A stretch of DNA of 64,000 nucleotides, taken from contig CAVSGO010000006.1 in the NCBI GenBank assembly GCA_963727525.1, forward strand, positions 96,001 through 160,000, in the 5' to 3' direction. Both the position numbers and the translations under genes were made by a program. The DNA comes from an uncultured bacterium. GTDB lineage: Bacteria; Krumholzibacteriota; Krumholzibacteriia; LZORAL124-64-63. Below, in pieces: positions 46,270-56,581 of the stretch. The notes below the pieces were generated by a model. That model saw only the letters and a program-made list of their open reading frames with translations. It searched no databases and had not been told where the DNA came from. The stretch's first letter is position 1. Every line of letters starts with the position of its first letter.

Positions 46270-47484
46270 ATGTCCGGTCCCCAGCTCCCGCGCGTGCTCT
46301 GCGTCGACGACGAGGCGAACCTGCTCAAGGCCATCGAGCGCAGCCTGCGCAAGTTCTACGACATCCACACCGCCACCGACGGTTTCAGCGGCTTGAAGGC
46401 GCTGGCCGCGGAAGGTCCGTTCGAGGTGGTCGTCTCCGACATGCGCATGCCCGGCATGGACGGTGCGGAGTTCCTGCGCCAGGTGCGCGAGCAGGCGCCC
46501 GACTCGGTGCGCCTGCTACTCACCGGATTCGCCGAGCTGGAGACGGTGGTCACTGCGGTGAACGAGGGGTACATCTACCGCTTCCTCGCCAAGCCCTGCA
46601 CCGGCCGTGTGCTGTACGACGCCATCCAGGACGGTGTCACCCAGCACCGGCTGATCACGGCCGAGAAGGTCCTGCTGGAGCAGACGCTGCGGGGGTGCGT
46701 GAAGGCATTGAGCGAGGTGCTCGCCATGGCGTCGCCCGCCGCGTTCGGTCGCGGCACGCGCATCTGCCAGATGGCCATGCTCCTGGCGGGCCAGCTCCAC
46801 TACCGCGACATGTGGCAGATCGAGGTGTCGGCCATGCTCTCGCAGCTCGCGGCGATCACGCTGCCGGCCGCGACGGCCACCAAGCTCTATCTCGGCCAGC
46901 CGCTCGACGACGACGAGGAGGAGATGGTGCTGCGCATGCCCGGCATCACGCGCCAGATCCTCGGCGACATCCCGCGCCTCGAGGCCATCCTCGAGATCCT
47001 GCGCTGCTCGGTGCTCGACCACGCCCCTGCCGATCCCGAACCCGGATTACCCGTGGGCGACGAGATCCCGCTGGGCGCGCGCATCCTGCACGCGGCCGAC
47101 CTGCTGGAAGGCCTGCAGCTTCGCGGCGAGTCGCCGCGGCGTAGCCTGGAGATCCTGCGCTCGCGCTCGGGCCAGGTGGATCCCGCCGTGCTCGACGCCT
47201 ACGAGACCATCTGCGACGACGGCGCCCTCGACTTCCGGCAGCGCGCGATCAACCTCCCCGAACTGCGCACGGGCATGGTGCTGACCGAGGACCTCATGTC
47301 GACCAAGGGGCTGCTCCTGGTTTCCGGTGGGCAGGAGATCACGGTGAGCCTGATGGAGAAGATGCGCAACTACGCGCGCAGCTCGCAGGTGAAGGAGCCG
47401 ATCTGGGTGCGGGTGTCGACGACCGAGTTGCTCGACGACGCTCATCCCCGCACGATCGCCTCACCGACACTGCAGAGCGTCTAG
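46270..47484 (+). CDS. Response regulator with a degenerate HD/HD-GYP-like domain
   Basis: VLCVDDE, VSDMRMPGMDG, LLTG, FLAKP; MLSQLA where LHDIG is expected; IPLGARIL..AD. Confidence 0.88.
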   Translation: MSGPQLPRVLCVDDEANLLKAIERSLRKFYDIHTATDGFSGLKALAAEGPFEVVVSDMRMPGMDGAEFLRQVREQAPDSVRLLLTGFAELETVVTAVNEGYIYRFLAKPCTGRVLYDAIQDGVTQHRLITAEKVLLEQTLRGCVKALSEVLAMASPAAFGRGTRICQMAMLLAGQLHYRDMWQIEVSAMLSQLAAITLPAATATKLYLGQPLDDDEEEMVLRMPGITRQILGDIPRLEAILEILRCSVLDHAPADPEPGLPVGDEIPLGARILHAADLLEGLQLRGESPRRSLEILRSRSGQVDPAVLDAYETICDDGALDFRQRAINLPELRTGMVLTEDLMSTKGLLLVSGGQEITVSLMEKMRNYARSSQVKEPIWVRVSTTELLDDAHPRTIASPTLQSV

Positions 47485-48713
47485 CGCGCGGCGGCAACGG
47501 TCTGGAGCACGCTGGTCAGGTCGTGCGGCTGGAACGCCGTCGGCAGGGCGCCCGCCACCTGCTCGTGGCACTGCGGGTCCGACGCCGAATGGTCCCCGAA
47601 GGTGAGCAGGGCACCCGGACACGAGGACAGCAGCGGCGACAGTCGGCCGCACTGCTCGGCAGTGATCGAATCGGTGTCGATGATGATGCCGTCGACCGTG
47701 GTGGCCACCTCGGAGCGAGCCACGAAATCCTGCATGGGAATCAGACGACAGCCGGCGCGGGCGATGAGCGCCGCGATCCAGCCGGCGTGGTCGGCGTTGC
47801 CCGTCAGTACCACGATGTTGCCGCCCGTGGCCTCGTTCGCGGCCTCCGGCTCCTGCGCGGGCGCCGGATCCATACCGGGCAGCGCGAGGAACTGGACCGC
47901 GCTCGCATACAGCTCGCGCGCGCGGGCGAAGATCATGCGCGTCTGGCGCAACGACAATCCCAACGCGTCTGCCACTTCGAACAGCCGCGCGCTCGTCACC
48001 TGGGGCTCGTGCGACCAGCCGAGACCCTGGGTGACGATGTCGGCCAGGACGATGGTGGCGATGAGGTGGCTCTCGTCGCTGCGGTAAGCGTCGGCATGGT
48101 GGTGGAAGCGCACGCACTCGCATAGCGATTCCGGCAACTTCCAGTGTCGCATGAGCTTCTGGCCGGCCTTGGTGTGGGAGATGCCCAGCGTTTCCATCTC
48201 CTTCTGGATGATGTCGCCGCCGCGCAGCCAGGCCCCGGCGAGAGCGCCCGGCGCCACCATATCGATGACCAGCGCGCCGAGGTCGTGCAGCAACCCCGCC
48301 ACGAACGCTTCCTCGGGATCCATGTGGCCGGTGATCTCGGCGATGGTGCGCGCCGACACGGCCGTGCCGATGGCGTGGCCCCAGTAGGTTTGCAGATCGA
48401 CCTCGCCGGCTTGCCCCTGCAGGACCTTTGCCACACCGAGGCCCGTGGCAAGGTTGCGGACCGCCGAGAAGCCGAGGATGACGACGGCGCGCGAGATGAG
48501 GCTCACCTTGCCCGTCATGCCATAGAAGGAGCTGTTCACGAGCTTGAGCACCTGGCTGGCCAGCGCCTGATCCGACGAGAGCACCTTGGTGACGGCGTCG
48601 GCCGAGCAGTTGTCATTTTGCATCACCGCGACCAGCTTGCGTGTGACCGTCGGCAACGGTGGCAGCGCCTTGATCCTGGCGACCACGTCCTGGGAGATGT
48701 TCGCGTCCATCAT
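47481..48713 (-). CDS. HDOD domain protein
   Basis: LPPLP, DQALASQVLKLVNSSFYG, AVVILG, AFVAGLLHDLG, HWKLP...VRFHH. Confidence 0.92.
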   Translation of the reverse strand: MMDANISQDVVARIKALPPLPTVTRKLVAVMQNDNCSADAVTKVLSSDQALASQVLKLVNSSFYGMTGKVSLISRAVVILGFSAVRNLATGLGVAKVLQGQAGEVDLQTYWGHAIGTAVSARTIAEITGHMDPEEAFVAGLLHDLGALVIDMVAPGALAGAWLRGGDIIQKEMETLGISHTKAGQKLMRHWKLPESLCECVRFHHHADAYRSDESHLIATIVLADIVTQGLGWSHEPQVTSARLFEVADALGLSLRQTRMIFARARELYASAVQFLALPGMDPAPAQEPEAANEATGGNIVVLTGNADHAGWIAALIARAGCRLIPMQDFVARSEVATTVDGIIIDTDSITAEQCGRLSPLLSSCPGALLTFGDHSASDPQCHEQVAGALPTAFQPHDLTSVLQTVAAAR

Positions 48714-49507
48714 GACTCCTTATGCGTGAGCATGAGCACGCACCCTCGTTCCGCACCACCGCTGTCGAGCGGCGACACCGTGACGTCGACTCGATGACCG
48801 TCGAGTTCACAGACGAAGGTCCCGTCGTGGTTCGTATGCAGAGACTGCTCGATCGCTTCCACGATGTCCGCGGTGAAGACCTCGGCCAGCTCCGTGCCCG
48901 GGATCGTGCTGGCCAGGCTGGCGAACGACTGGCGGGCGTGCTGGTTCGTCAGCACGATCTCGCCCTCGCGGCTGATGCCCAGCACCGGGATGGGCAGGTG
49001 TTCGAGCACGTCCTGCGACAGCGCGAGCGAACGCGTACGCTCGGCGACGGCGTTCTCGAGGGCCTCGTTCATCTGGCGGAGCTGCTCGTTCTGCTTGCTC
49101 GTCTGCGCCGAGAGCAGCGCGTTCTCACGGGTCAGGTAGTAGTGGTCGAGGCACTGGCGCACTGTCGCGAGCAGCTCGTGGTCGTCCCAGGGCTTGGGCA
49201 GGAAGCGGAAGATCTCGCCCTTGTTGATCGCGTCGACGATGACGTCGGCGTTCGCGTATCCCGAGAGGATCACGCGGACGGAGTCGGGCAGGATCGCCTT
49301 GACCTTGGCGAGAAACTCCACGCCGGTCATCCCCGGCATGCGGTAGTCGGATACGATGACGGGTACGGGCTGCCGCTGCAGCAGGTCAAGTCCCTCCTCG
49401 CCACCGGCGGCGATGTGGACACGGTAGTCCTCGCGGCGGCACAGGCGGCGCAGGGAATTCAGGATGCTCGGTTCGTCATCCACGAAGAGAACTGCGCGTT
49501 CAAGCAT
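48710..49507 (-). CDS. Response regulator with coiled coil and PAS-like domain
   Basis: VLFVDDE, SDYRMPGMTG, LSGYA, FLPKPW; LENAVAERT; PAS-like C-terminus. Confidence 0.9.
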   Translation of the reverse strand: MLERAVLFVDDEPSILNSLRRLCRREDYRVHIAAGGEEGLDLLQRQPVPVIVSDYRMPGMTGVEFLAKVKAILPDSVRVILSGYANADVIVDAINKGEIFRFLPKPWDDHELLATVRQCLDHYYLTRENALLSAQTSKQNEQLRQMNEALENAVAERTRSLALSQDVLEHLPIPVLGISREGEIVLTNQHARQSFASLASTIPGTELAEVFTADIVEAIEQSLHTNHDGTFVCELDGHRVDVTVSPLDSGGAERGCVLMLTHKES

Positions 49508-51278
49508 GAAACAGCTCCTCGCCATCGTCGGCCAGGGGGAGATGCACCCGTATGGTCGTACCGAGCCCGAGATGGCTCTCCACCTCGATACGGCCGCCAT
49601 GGTTCTCCACGATGCCGTGACAGATGTAGAGACCCAGCCCGGTCCCCTTGCCCGCCGCCTTGGTCGTGAAGAACGGCTCGAAGAGATGCGGGATGTTCTC
49701 GGTGGGAATGCCACTGCCCGTATCCGCCACGGAGAGTATCGCCTCGTCGAGCGTGGCGCGCGTGGTGATGGTGATCACGCCTTCCGTCTCGATGGCATGC
49801 GCCGCGTTGACCAGGAGGTTCATGATGACCTGGTTGATCTGGCCGGGGTAGCCGGTCAGCGGCGGCACATCGCCGTAGTCCTTCACCACCTGGCAGCGGT
49901 ACTTCAGTTCGTTCCAGACGATCTTGAGTGTCGATTCCACGCACTCGTCGATGCCGAACGACCGCGGCTTGCTCTCGTCGGGGCGGGCGAATCCCTTGAG
50001 ATTGATCACGATGTCGCGAACCCGCTCGCAGCCCTCGAGCGACTCGGCCAGCAACCCGTCGATGTCCCCGTCGATGAATTCCAGATCCTGGTTCTCGAGC
50101 TCGGTGAGGCGCGACTGCACATCGAGCGCGAGCACGCTCGTGGGCACGCCGATCAACGCGCGGCACACGCTGAGCGCCCCGCGGATCGACGTCGTATAGT
50201 CCTGGAGCGTGGAGAGGTTGCTCATGATGAAGCCGATGGGGTTATTGATCTCGTGAGCCACGCCCGCCGCGATCTGACCGATCGACGCCATCTTCTCGCT
50301 CTGTACGAGCTGGCCCGACGTCTCCCGGAGCTGCCGCATGTACTGTTCGAGCGCGAGGTCCTTGCGCTGGTTCTGGATCACGCGCTCGAGGATGTGGCAG
50401 AAGATGTCCAGGAGAACGAGGTCGTTGACGCTGTCGGGTTTGCGCACGTCGGCATGATGCGCGCCCACGAAGCCGGCCAGCTCGCCACTGACCTCGAGCG
50501 GAATGATGAGCAGGGAGCCCGAACCGCGGCCCCCGAGCGCGCGGATGAACTGGATAGCCGGCGCCGGCAACTCGGCGATGTCGGGCACGTCGAGGGCCTC
50601 ACCATTGCGCAGCTGATCGGCCCACCACGCCTGCTCGTCGAGATGGCGGCCGATGAGCTTCTGCATCACGGGCTCGGCGTCATCCTTACCGTACTCGTAG
50701 GCCCTGTCGCAGATCTGATCGTCGCACCGGAGAATCGCGAGAAACGTGCGGTAGGCGCCGGTGAAGCGTGCGAGGTCGGCGAGGGCTTCCTGGATCGCCG
50801 CGTCCAGGTCCTCGGGGGCCACGAAGCGCGTGAGCATGCCGGCGAGGAACTTTTCCGTCGCCAGACTCGCCCGGAACGTGCGCTCGGCATGGCGCACGTT
50901 CGTGATCTCGGCGAGCGACCCGATCCAGCCGCCTTGAGGGCCAGCGAGCGGCCGGCTGAGCCGATCCATCGTGACCTGGTACACGCGGGCGACACCCTCG
51001 GCATCCGTCGCCGTGAGTTCGCGTACCCGGGTCCGCGGAGGATCGGGGCCGGGCGCAACGGCCAGGGCCGCGAGGGAGACCACGATGTCTGCGAGTGCGG
51101 CCGGCAACTCGTCCGGCTCCCGCCCGGGAAAGAGCGCCGCGAAGGCATGGTTCTCGCGGTGCATCCGGCCGTCGTCGTCAATGACGAACACGGGCACGGG
51201 AAGGTCCAAGAGGGCCGGGTCGCGAAATACCGCACCCGATTCCAGGCGTACGCCGACTTCCATGTTCGTGTCCAACAC
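49500..51278 (-). CDS. Cytoplasmic PAS/GAF sensor histidine kinase (NtrB-like)
   Basis: [56 protein letters not shown]. Start uncertain. Confidence 0.92.
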   Translation of the reverse strand: MLDTNMEVGVRLESGAVFRDPALLDLPVPVFVIDDDGRMHRENHAFAALFPGREPDELPAALADIVVSLAALAVAPGPDPPRTRVRELTATDAEGVARVYQVTMDRLSRPLAGPQGGWIGSLAEITNVRHAERTFRASLATEKFLAGMLTRFVAPEDLDAAIQEALADLARFTGAYRTFLAILRCDDQICDRAYEYGKDDAEPVMQKLIGRHLDEQAWWADQLRNGEALDVPDIAELPAPAIQFIRALGGRGSGSLLIIPLEVSGELAGFVGAHHADVRKPDSVNDLVLLDIFCHILERVIQNQRKDLALEQYMRQLRETSGQLVQSEKMASIGQIAAGVAHEINNPIGFIMSNLSTLQDYTTSIRGALSVCRALIGVPTSVLALDVQSRLTELENQDLEFIDGDIDGLLAESLEGCERVRDIVINLKGFARPDESKPRSFGIDECVESTLKIVWNELKYRCQVVKDYGDVPPLTGYPGQINQVIMNLLVNAAHAIETEGVITITTRATLDEAILSVADTGSGIPTENIPHLFEPFFTTKAAGKGTGLGLYICHGIVENHGGRIEVESHLGLGTTIRVHLPLADDGEELFHA

Positions 51279-51502
51279 GCCGATACTCCCGGACCGAGGC
51301 GTATCTGCCCGAGGTCATTCTCACCCCGAGGGACAGGACTGCTTGACGCTTCGTGGTCCACCGGAATATCGGCGAATCCCCGCAACCCATGAGCCGTTTC
51401 TACGTCGAGCCTTTATCATGCGCGAGGCGTCCCGTTGACGGCCCTGCCGACCTGTGGTCCCATGGCAGGCCTCGACCCCACTCTTTCCTGGAGGCGATCG
51501 CC

Positions 51503-54500
51503 TTGAAGTGCAGTCTCGCGCGCCGTCTTGCCACTGGTCTGCTGGTATGCCTGGCCACCGTCGCGGCGCAGGCTGTTTCCGCGGGCCCCGCTGCCGATCA
51601 CCCGGCGCAGCTCCTGCGCTACGCCGATGTCAGCGCGGATCGTATCGTGTTCACCTACGAGGACGATCTCTGGCTCGTGCCCATCGGTGGCGGCCAGGCC
51701 CGGCGCATCACCACCGGCCATGGCGCCGAGGTGGGGGCCAAGTTCAGCCCCGACGGTCAGTGGCTCGCCTTCACCGGCAACTACGACGGCGGGTACGACG
51801 TGTACGTCATGCCCGCTCGCGGTGGCGTGCCTCGCCGGCTCACGTTCCATCCGGGCAACGATCAGGTGATCGGCTGGCACCCCGACGGCAAGCGCATCCT
51901 CTTCCGGTCCGGCCGCGAGCACCCGCTGGGCGTGTCCGAGTTCTTCCTCGTGTCCGTCGACGGCGGCCTGCCCGAGAAGGTGGCCGTGGACCGCGGTGCG
52001 CTGGGCAGCTACGCGCCCGACGGCACCAAGCTGGCCTACAACCGCATCGCCCGCGAGATGCGCACCTGGAAGCGCTACCGGGGCGGCATGGCGCAGGACG
52101 TGTGGATCGCCGACTTCAAGGCCGGTACCTACGACAGGATCACCGACTGGACCGGCACCGACAGCTTTCCCATGTGGTGGGGCGACAGCATCTTCTTCAT
52201 GAGCGACCGCGAGGACGGCACGCTCAATCTCTACGCCTACGACACGACGGCCCGTGCCACGCGACGGCTCACGCAGTACAGGACCTACGATGTCAAGTAC
52301 CCCTCACTGGGCGCGGGCAAGATCGTCTACCAGCTCGGCGGCGATCTGCACCTCTACGACATCGCCAGCGGCGCCGACGTGACGGTGGACATCGATGTCA
52401 GCAGCGACCGTGTGCCCATGCGACCCGAGCTGGTGAACGTGGACCCGAACACCGGCAGCTTCGCGCTCTCGCCGGCCGGCGAGCGTCTCTTGCTGGAGGA
52501 CCGCGGCGAGATCCTCAACGTGCCTGTGGAAGACGGCGCCTGGTTCAACGTCTCCCACACCAGTGCCAGCCGCGAGAAGAATGCGGTGTGGTCGCCCGAT
52601 GGCCGCTGGATCTGTTTCGTCAGCGACCGCACCGGCGAGGACCAGCTCTACCTCGCCGACCAGCGCGGCCGCGAAGACTGGACGCAGCTCACGCACCACG
52701 ACCAGGGCTTGATCCTGCCGGCGGTGTGGTCGCCCGACTCCAGGCACATCCTCTTCGGCGACAAGTTCATGCGCCTGAACCTGGTGGACGTGCCCGGCGG
52801 CAAGACCACCGTCGTCGACCAGGGTAAGTGGGACGACGCCTGGGAACGCTGGGGCATCCTCGACCACGTGTGGTCGCCCGACAGCAAGTGGGTGGCCTAC
52901 AGCAAGCAGACCGAGAACATGAACGAGGTGATCTGCCTCTACAGCCTGGACAGCGGCAAGGTCACCCAGCTCACCGACAACTTCACCGAGGCCTGGTCGC
53001 CCGGTTTCGCTCCCGACGGCCGCACCCTCTGGTTCCTCAGCAACCGCACCTTCAACCCCATCATGGGCCGCCAGGACCAGAACGACGTGTTCCTCGACAT
53101 GGCCCTGCCCTATGTGGTGCTGCTGCAGGCCGACGCGCGCTCGCCGTTCTTCGCGGACGAGGGGTTGGTCGAGGCGAAGGCCGAGGATTCCGCGAAGGAC
53201 AAGAAGGACAAGGAGGATAAGAAGGACGAGAAGGCCGCCGCCGCCACGCCCATCGATCTCGACGGCATCGGCGACCGCATCGTCGCCGCGGAGGGCGTGA
53301 AGCCCGGCAACTACTTCCGGCTCGAAGCCACGGACGACGGCTGCCTCATGCTGCGCCGCGACGATCTGGTCTTCAACAAGTACCAGAACGTGGACGACCG
53401 CACGAGCGATGACGACCTCACCCTCGTGTCCTACGACACGAAGGAGAAGGAGACGAAGGACCTCGCGAGCGGTCTCTCCAACTACCACCGCAGTGCTGAC
53501 GCCAAGAAGCTGGTCTACCGCGCCGGCGGCCGCTACGGCGTGGTGGACGCCGGCAAGACCTTCAAGGTGGGCGACGGCAAGGTGTCGCTGGGCGGCTTGA
53601 ACATCCTGGTGAATCGCGACGAGGAGTATCGCCAGATCTTCTGGGAAGCCTGGCGCATCGAGCGCGACTTCTTCTACGACAAGAACCTGCACGGCGTGGA
53701 CTGGAAGAAGATCGGCGACAAGTACGCCACCTTCCTGCCCTGGTGCGGCACCCGCGGCGATCTCACCTACCTCATTGGCGAGATGATCTCGGAGCTGAAC
53801 ATCGGCCATACCTATGTCTACGGCGGCGATTACCAGCGCGACGGTGCGCGTCCCGACACCGGCCTGCTGGGCTGCGACTTCGCGCTCGACGCGAAGAGTG
53901 GCCGTTATCGCATCGCCCGCATCCTGCCCGGCCGTAACTGGGATCCGCGCGCGCGCTCGCCCCTGGCCGAACCGGGCGTGGACGTGCACGAGGGCGATGT
54001 CCTGCTCGCGGTCGACGGCGTCGCCCTGAAGGCGCCGACCAATCCGTACGCGCTCCTCGCCGACAAGGTCTCCAACCCGGTGGAGCTGACGGTGGCCGCG
54101 AACGCCGACGGCAAGGACACGCGCACCGTGCTCGTGACGCCGCTGCGCAGTGAGCGCTCCCTGCGCTACCGCGCCTGGGTGGAAGCCAACCGCAAGTACG
54201 TGGACGAGAAGACGGACGGGCAGATCGGCTACCTGCACCTGCCCAACATGACGGAGCCCGGCCTCATCGAGTTCGGTGCCTACTGGTACCCGCAGTTCGC
54301 GAAGAAAGCCTTCATCATCGACGAACGCTACAACGGCGGCGGATTCGTGGGCGACATGATCATCGACCGCCTCGAACGCAAGCTGTGGGCGCTGACGAAG
54401 CCGCGCGAGGGCGGCCCCGGCCGCAACCCCGAGCGCGCCTTCCATGGCCCCATGGTCGTGCTCATCAACGAGAACACGGGCAGCAACGGCGAGTTCTTCG

Positions 54501-54850
54501 CCGAGGCCATCAAGCTCAAGCAGATCGCCCCGCTCATCGGCATGCGCACCTGGGGTGGCGCCATCGGCATCGAACCCCATGAGGACCTCGTGGACGGCGG
54601 CACCACCACCCCGCCCCAGTTCGGCCTCTACGGCCTGAACGGCCAGTGGCTCATCGAGGGCCACGGTGTCGACCCCGACATCGAGGTCCAGAATGCCCCC
54701 GCCCACGTGCTTGCCGGCCAGGACGACCAGCTCGACCGCGCCATCGCCGAGCTGCAGGGACGCCTGCAACGCGATGGGACGCAGTGGGCGTTGCCGGCGG
54801 TGCCGGCATACCCGGACAAGAGCAAGCCGGGGGAGAGCGTAAGGAAGTAG
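51503..54850 (+). CDS. Tricorn-like S41 family protease, secreted
   Basis: GGAGG then TTG; signal peptide; WD40/TolB-like repeats, WKRYRGG, PDZ, IGYLHLP, IIDERYNGGG, GSNGE, GMRTWGG, IEGHGVDPDIEV. Confidence 0.95.
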   Translation: MKCSLARRLATGLLVCLATVAAQAVSAGPAADHPAQLLRYADVSADRIVFTYEDDLWLVPIGGGQARRITTGHGAEVGAKFSPDGQWLAFTGNYDGGYDVYVMPARGGVPRRLTFHPGNDQVIGWHPDGKRILFRSGREHPLGVSEFFLVSVDGGLPEKVAVDRGALGSYAPDGTKLAYNRIAREMRTWKRYRGGMAQDVWIADFKAGTYDRITDWTGTDSFPMWWGDSIFFMSDREDGTLNLYAYDTTARATRRLTQYRTYDVKYPSLGAGKIVYQLGGDLHLYDIASGADVTVDIDVSSDRVPMRPELVNVDPNTGSFALSPAGERLLLEDRGEILNVPVEDGAWFNVSHTSASREKNAVWSPDGRWICFVSDRTGEDQLYLADQRGREDWTQLTHHDQGLILPAVWSPDSRHILFGDKFMRLNLVDVPGGKTTVVDQGKWDDAWERWGILDHVWSPDSKWVAYSKQTENMNEVICLYSLDSGKVTQLTDNFTEAWSPGFAPDGRTLWFLSNRTFNPIMGRQDQNDVFLDMALPYVVLLQADARSPFFADEGLVEAKAEDSAKDKKDKEDKKDEKAAAATPIDLDGIGDRIVAAEGVKPGNYFRLEATDDGCLMLRRDDLVFNKYQNVDDRTSDDDLTLVSYDTKEKETKDLASGLSNYHRSADAKKLVYRAGGRYGVVDAGKTFKVGDGKVSLGGLNILVNRDEEYRQIFWEAWRIERDFFYDKNLHGVDWKKIGDKYATFLPWCGTRGDLTYLIGEMISELNIGHTYVYGGDYQRDGARPDTGLLGCDFALDAKSGRYRIARILPGRNWDPRARSPLAEPGVDVHEGDVLLAVDGVALKAPTNPYALLADKVSNPVELTVAANADGKDTRTVLVTPLRSERSLRYRAWVEANRKYVDEKTDGQIGYLHLPNMTEPGLIEFGAYWYPQFAKKAFIIDERYNGGGFVGDMIIDRLERKLWALTKPREGGPGRNPERAFHGPMVVLINENTGSNGEFFAEAIKLKQIAPLIGMRTWGGAIGIEPHEDLVDGGTTTPPQFGLYGLNGQWLIEGHGVDPDIEVQNAPAHVLAGQDDQLDRAIAELQGRLQRDGTQWALPAVPAYPDKSKPGESVRK

Positions 54851-55100
54851 GATGGGCGCGGTGGCGCCGACTTGTGGGGCTTCCCGGGGCGAACGTGGAA
54901 ATCGGCGTCTTGGGAAGCCTCTTTTCGTCGGTATTGTGTTGCAACTGCAACGCTGTCGTCACAACGCAACTTTGCAAATGCAGCCATTGGGGACGGTCAT
55001 GTCTCGAACCAACGACCCAGGAACCTGAGCGTTCGTCCGTCGAGGACCGGTGACTATTTTCAGCGCCACCGGAGCAAATCGTAGTCAATAGATCCATTTC

Positions 55101-55838
55101 TCGCCGACTCATCACCATGATCTTCCCGGTGGCGTGGACATCCCCCGACTCCACGCGTACCAGGCAGATCCCGGCGACCACCGGCCTCCCGCGCCGGTCG
55201 TTGGTGTCCCAAACGAGCTGGTGCGGTCCGGCGCCGAGCGGCACATCGACGAGGGAGCGCAGGCGATGACCGGCCGCGTCGTAGATGGACACGCGTGTCG
55301 GCGCGCCGTTGGCGAGGCCGAAGTCAATCGTCGTACGGCCGGTGGTCGGATTGGGGAACGCCGAGATGATGGGCAGTCCGGTCGGATTCAGTGCCACGCC
55401 GCCGTCCTCGACTCCGACTTCCCCGCCTGTCGTGTAGAAGCGTGCCAGCGCCCGGGCCTTGAACCCGTTCCAGCTGTCATAGCCCGTTGCGATGATCTTA
55501 CCGTCGTCTCACCGCTCGGCCAGTGACAGGGGTTGGGGAAGCAGGTCGGCGGACCGCCGTGCTGCGGCAGCTGCAGCATCGCGAAGACGGTGTGCCCGGC
55601 GATCTGACGGCTGCCCGCCGCGTAGATCGAGTTGCCCGCACCCAGTGTGAGCGTGTTCAGGTAGTCGGTGCCGCCGAAATCGTAGGTGCGCATGCCGGAC
55701 CCGCCAAAGGCGCTGCCGAACGAGGGATCGAGACCCCGGGTTGGCGTGAACCTTGAGGCACCATGAGGTCCGCAACGCCACGTACGCCAGTATCACGGGG
55801 ACGTGACGGAGTTTCCGCGCATCGTGGTGTGTCTTCAT
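55101..55838 (-). pseudogene. Decayed delta-60-repeat secreted protein with FlgD-like CTD
   Basis: Three frames join as MKTHH...VHANPG / LDPSFG...TYDFGGTD / DGKIIATG...ALARF...FPNP...GKIMVMSR. At least two frameshifts; the expected stop reads CGA. Confidence 0.72.
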
Positions 55839-55969
55839 GACATACCGCTCCCATTCATCGCTGGTACCGGCGATGTCCGTGCACCTGGCGGCCCGCGCGG
55901 CGAACACGTTCGTGCGTCGGCATGCCGGATCCGGTACCATGTGCCGATCCCACACGGCGGAGGCGTCCC

Positions 55970-56581
55970 ATGACCCAGGAGGGCCGCGGGGGGGCGACTG
56001 GCGGCGGACCCACGCCACCCGCACGCACGCTCATCACGATCGAGCTTCTCGACCGCGCCAAGCAGGGCGACCTGCAGGCCCTGGCGCGGATCATGGAGCG
56101 CTACTCCCCGCGCCTGCGGCGCTGGGCGCGCGGTCGGTTGCCGGCGTACGCCCGATCGCTCTTCGACACGTCGGATCTCGTGCAGGAGACGCTGGCGCGC
56201 ACACTCCAGGGGCTGGATCGTGTCGAGGTCCGGGGGCGCGGGGGCTTCGAGGCCTACGTCCGGCAGGCCATTCTCAACGGCATCAAGGACCAGATCCGGC
56301 GCGCCCGCGTCCGGCGTGATCCGGAGGACCTTTCCACCGACCTCGTCGACGCGGCGCCGTCGCCGCTCGAGGACGCCATCGGCGCCGATCTGCTGGGACG
56401 CTTCGAGCGGGGCATGGCCGCCCTCGAGCCGGACGACCGCTGCCTCCTGCATCTGCGCCTCGAACTCGAGTTCGACTACGACGAGATCGCGGCCATCACG
56501 GACCGCCCGAGCCGCGACGCCGCCCGCATGGCGTTCCAGCGCGCGCTCGGGCGCCTTGCGAAGGTGATGGGCCATGCCTGA
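55970..56581 (+). CDS. ECF sigma-70 factor, kinase-associated type
   Basis: GGAGG RBS; AKQGD..A, DTSDLVQET, LRLE...Y.EIA, AARM..RAL. Overlaps the kinase start. Confidence 0.9.
   Translation: MTQEGRGGATGGGPTPPARTLITIELLDRAKQGDLQALARIMERYSPRLRRWARGRLPAYARSLFDTSDLVQETLARTLQGLDRVEVRGRGGFEAYVRQAILNGIKDQIRRARVRRDPEDLSTDLVDAAPSPLEDAIGADLLGRFERGMAALEPDDRCLLHLRLELEFDYDEIAAITDRPSRDAARMAFQRALGRLAKVMGHA

Noticed and set aside
53170-53235. AAG/GAC-rich repeat-like tract
   Set aside because: It encodes the Lys/Asp/Glu linker within the tricorn protease and is not a DNA repeat element.
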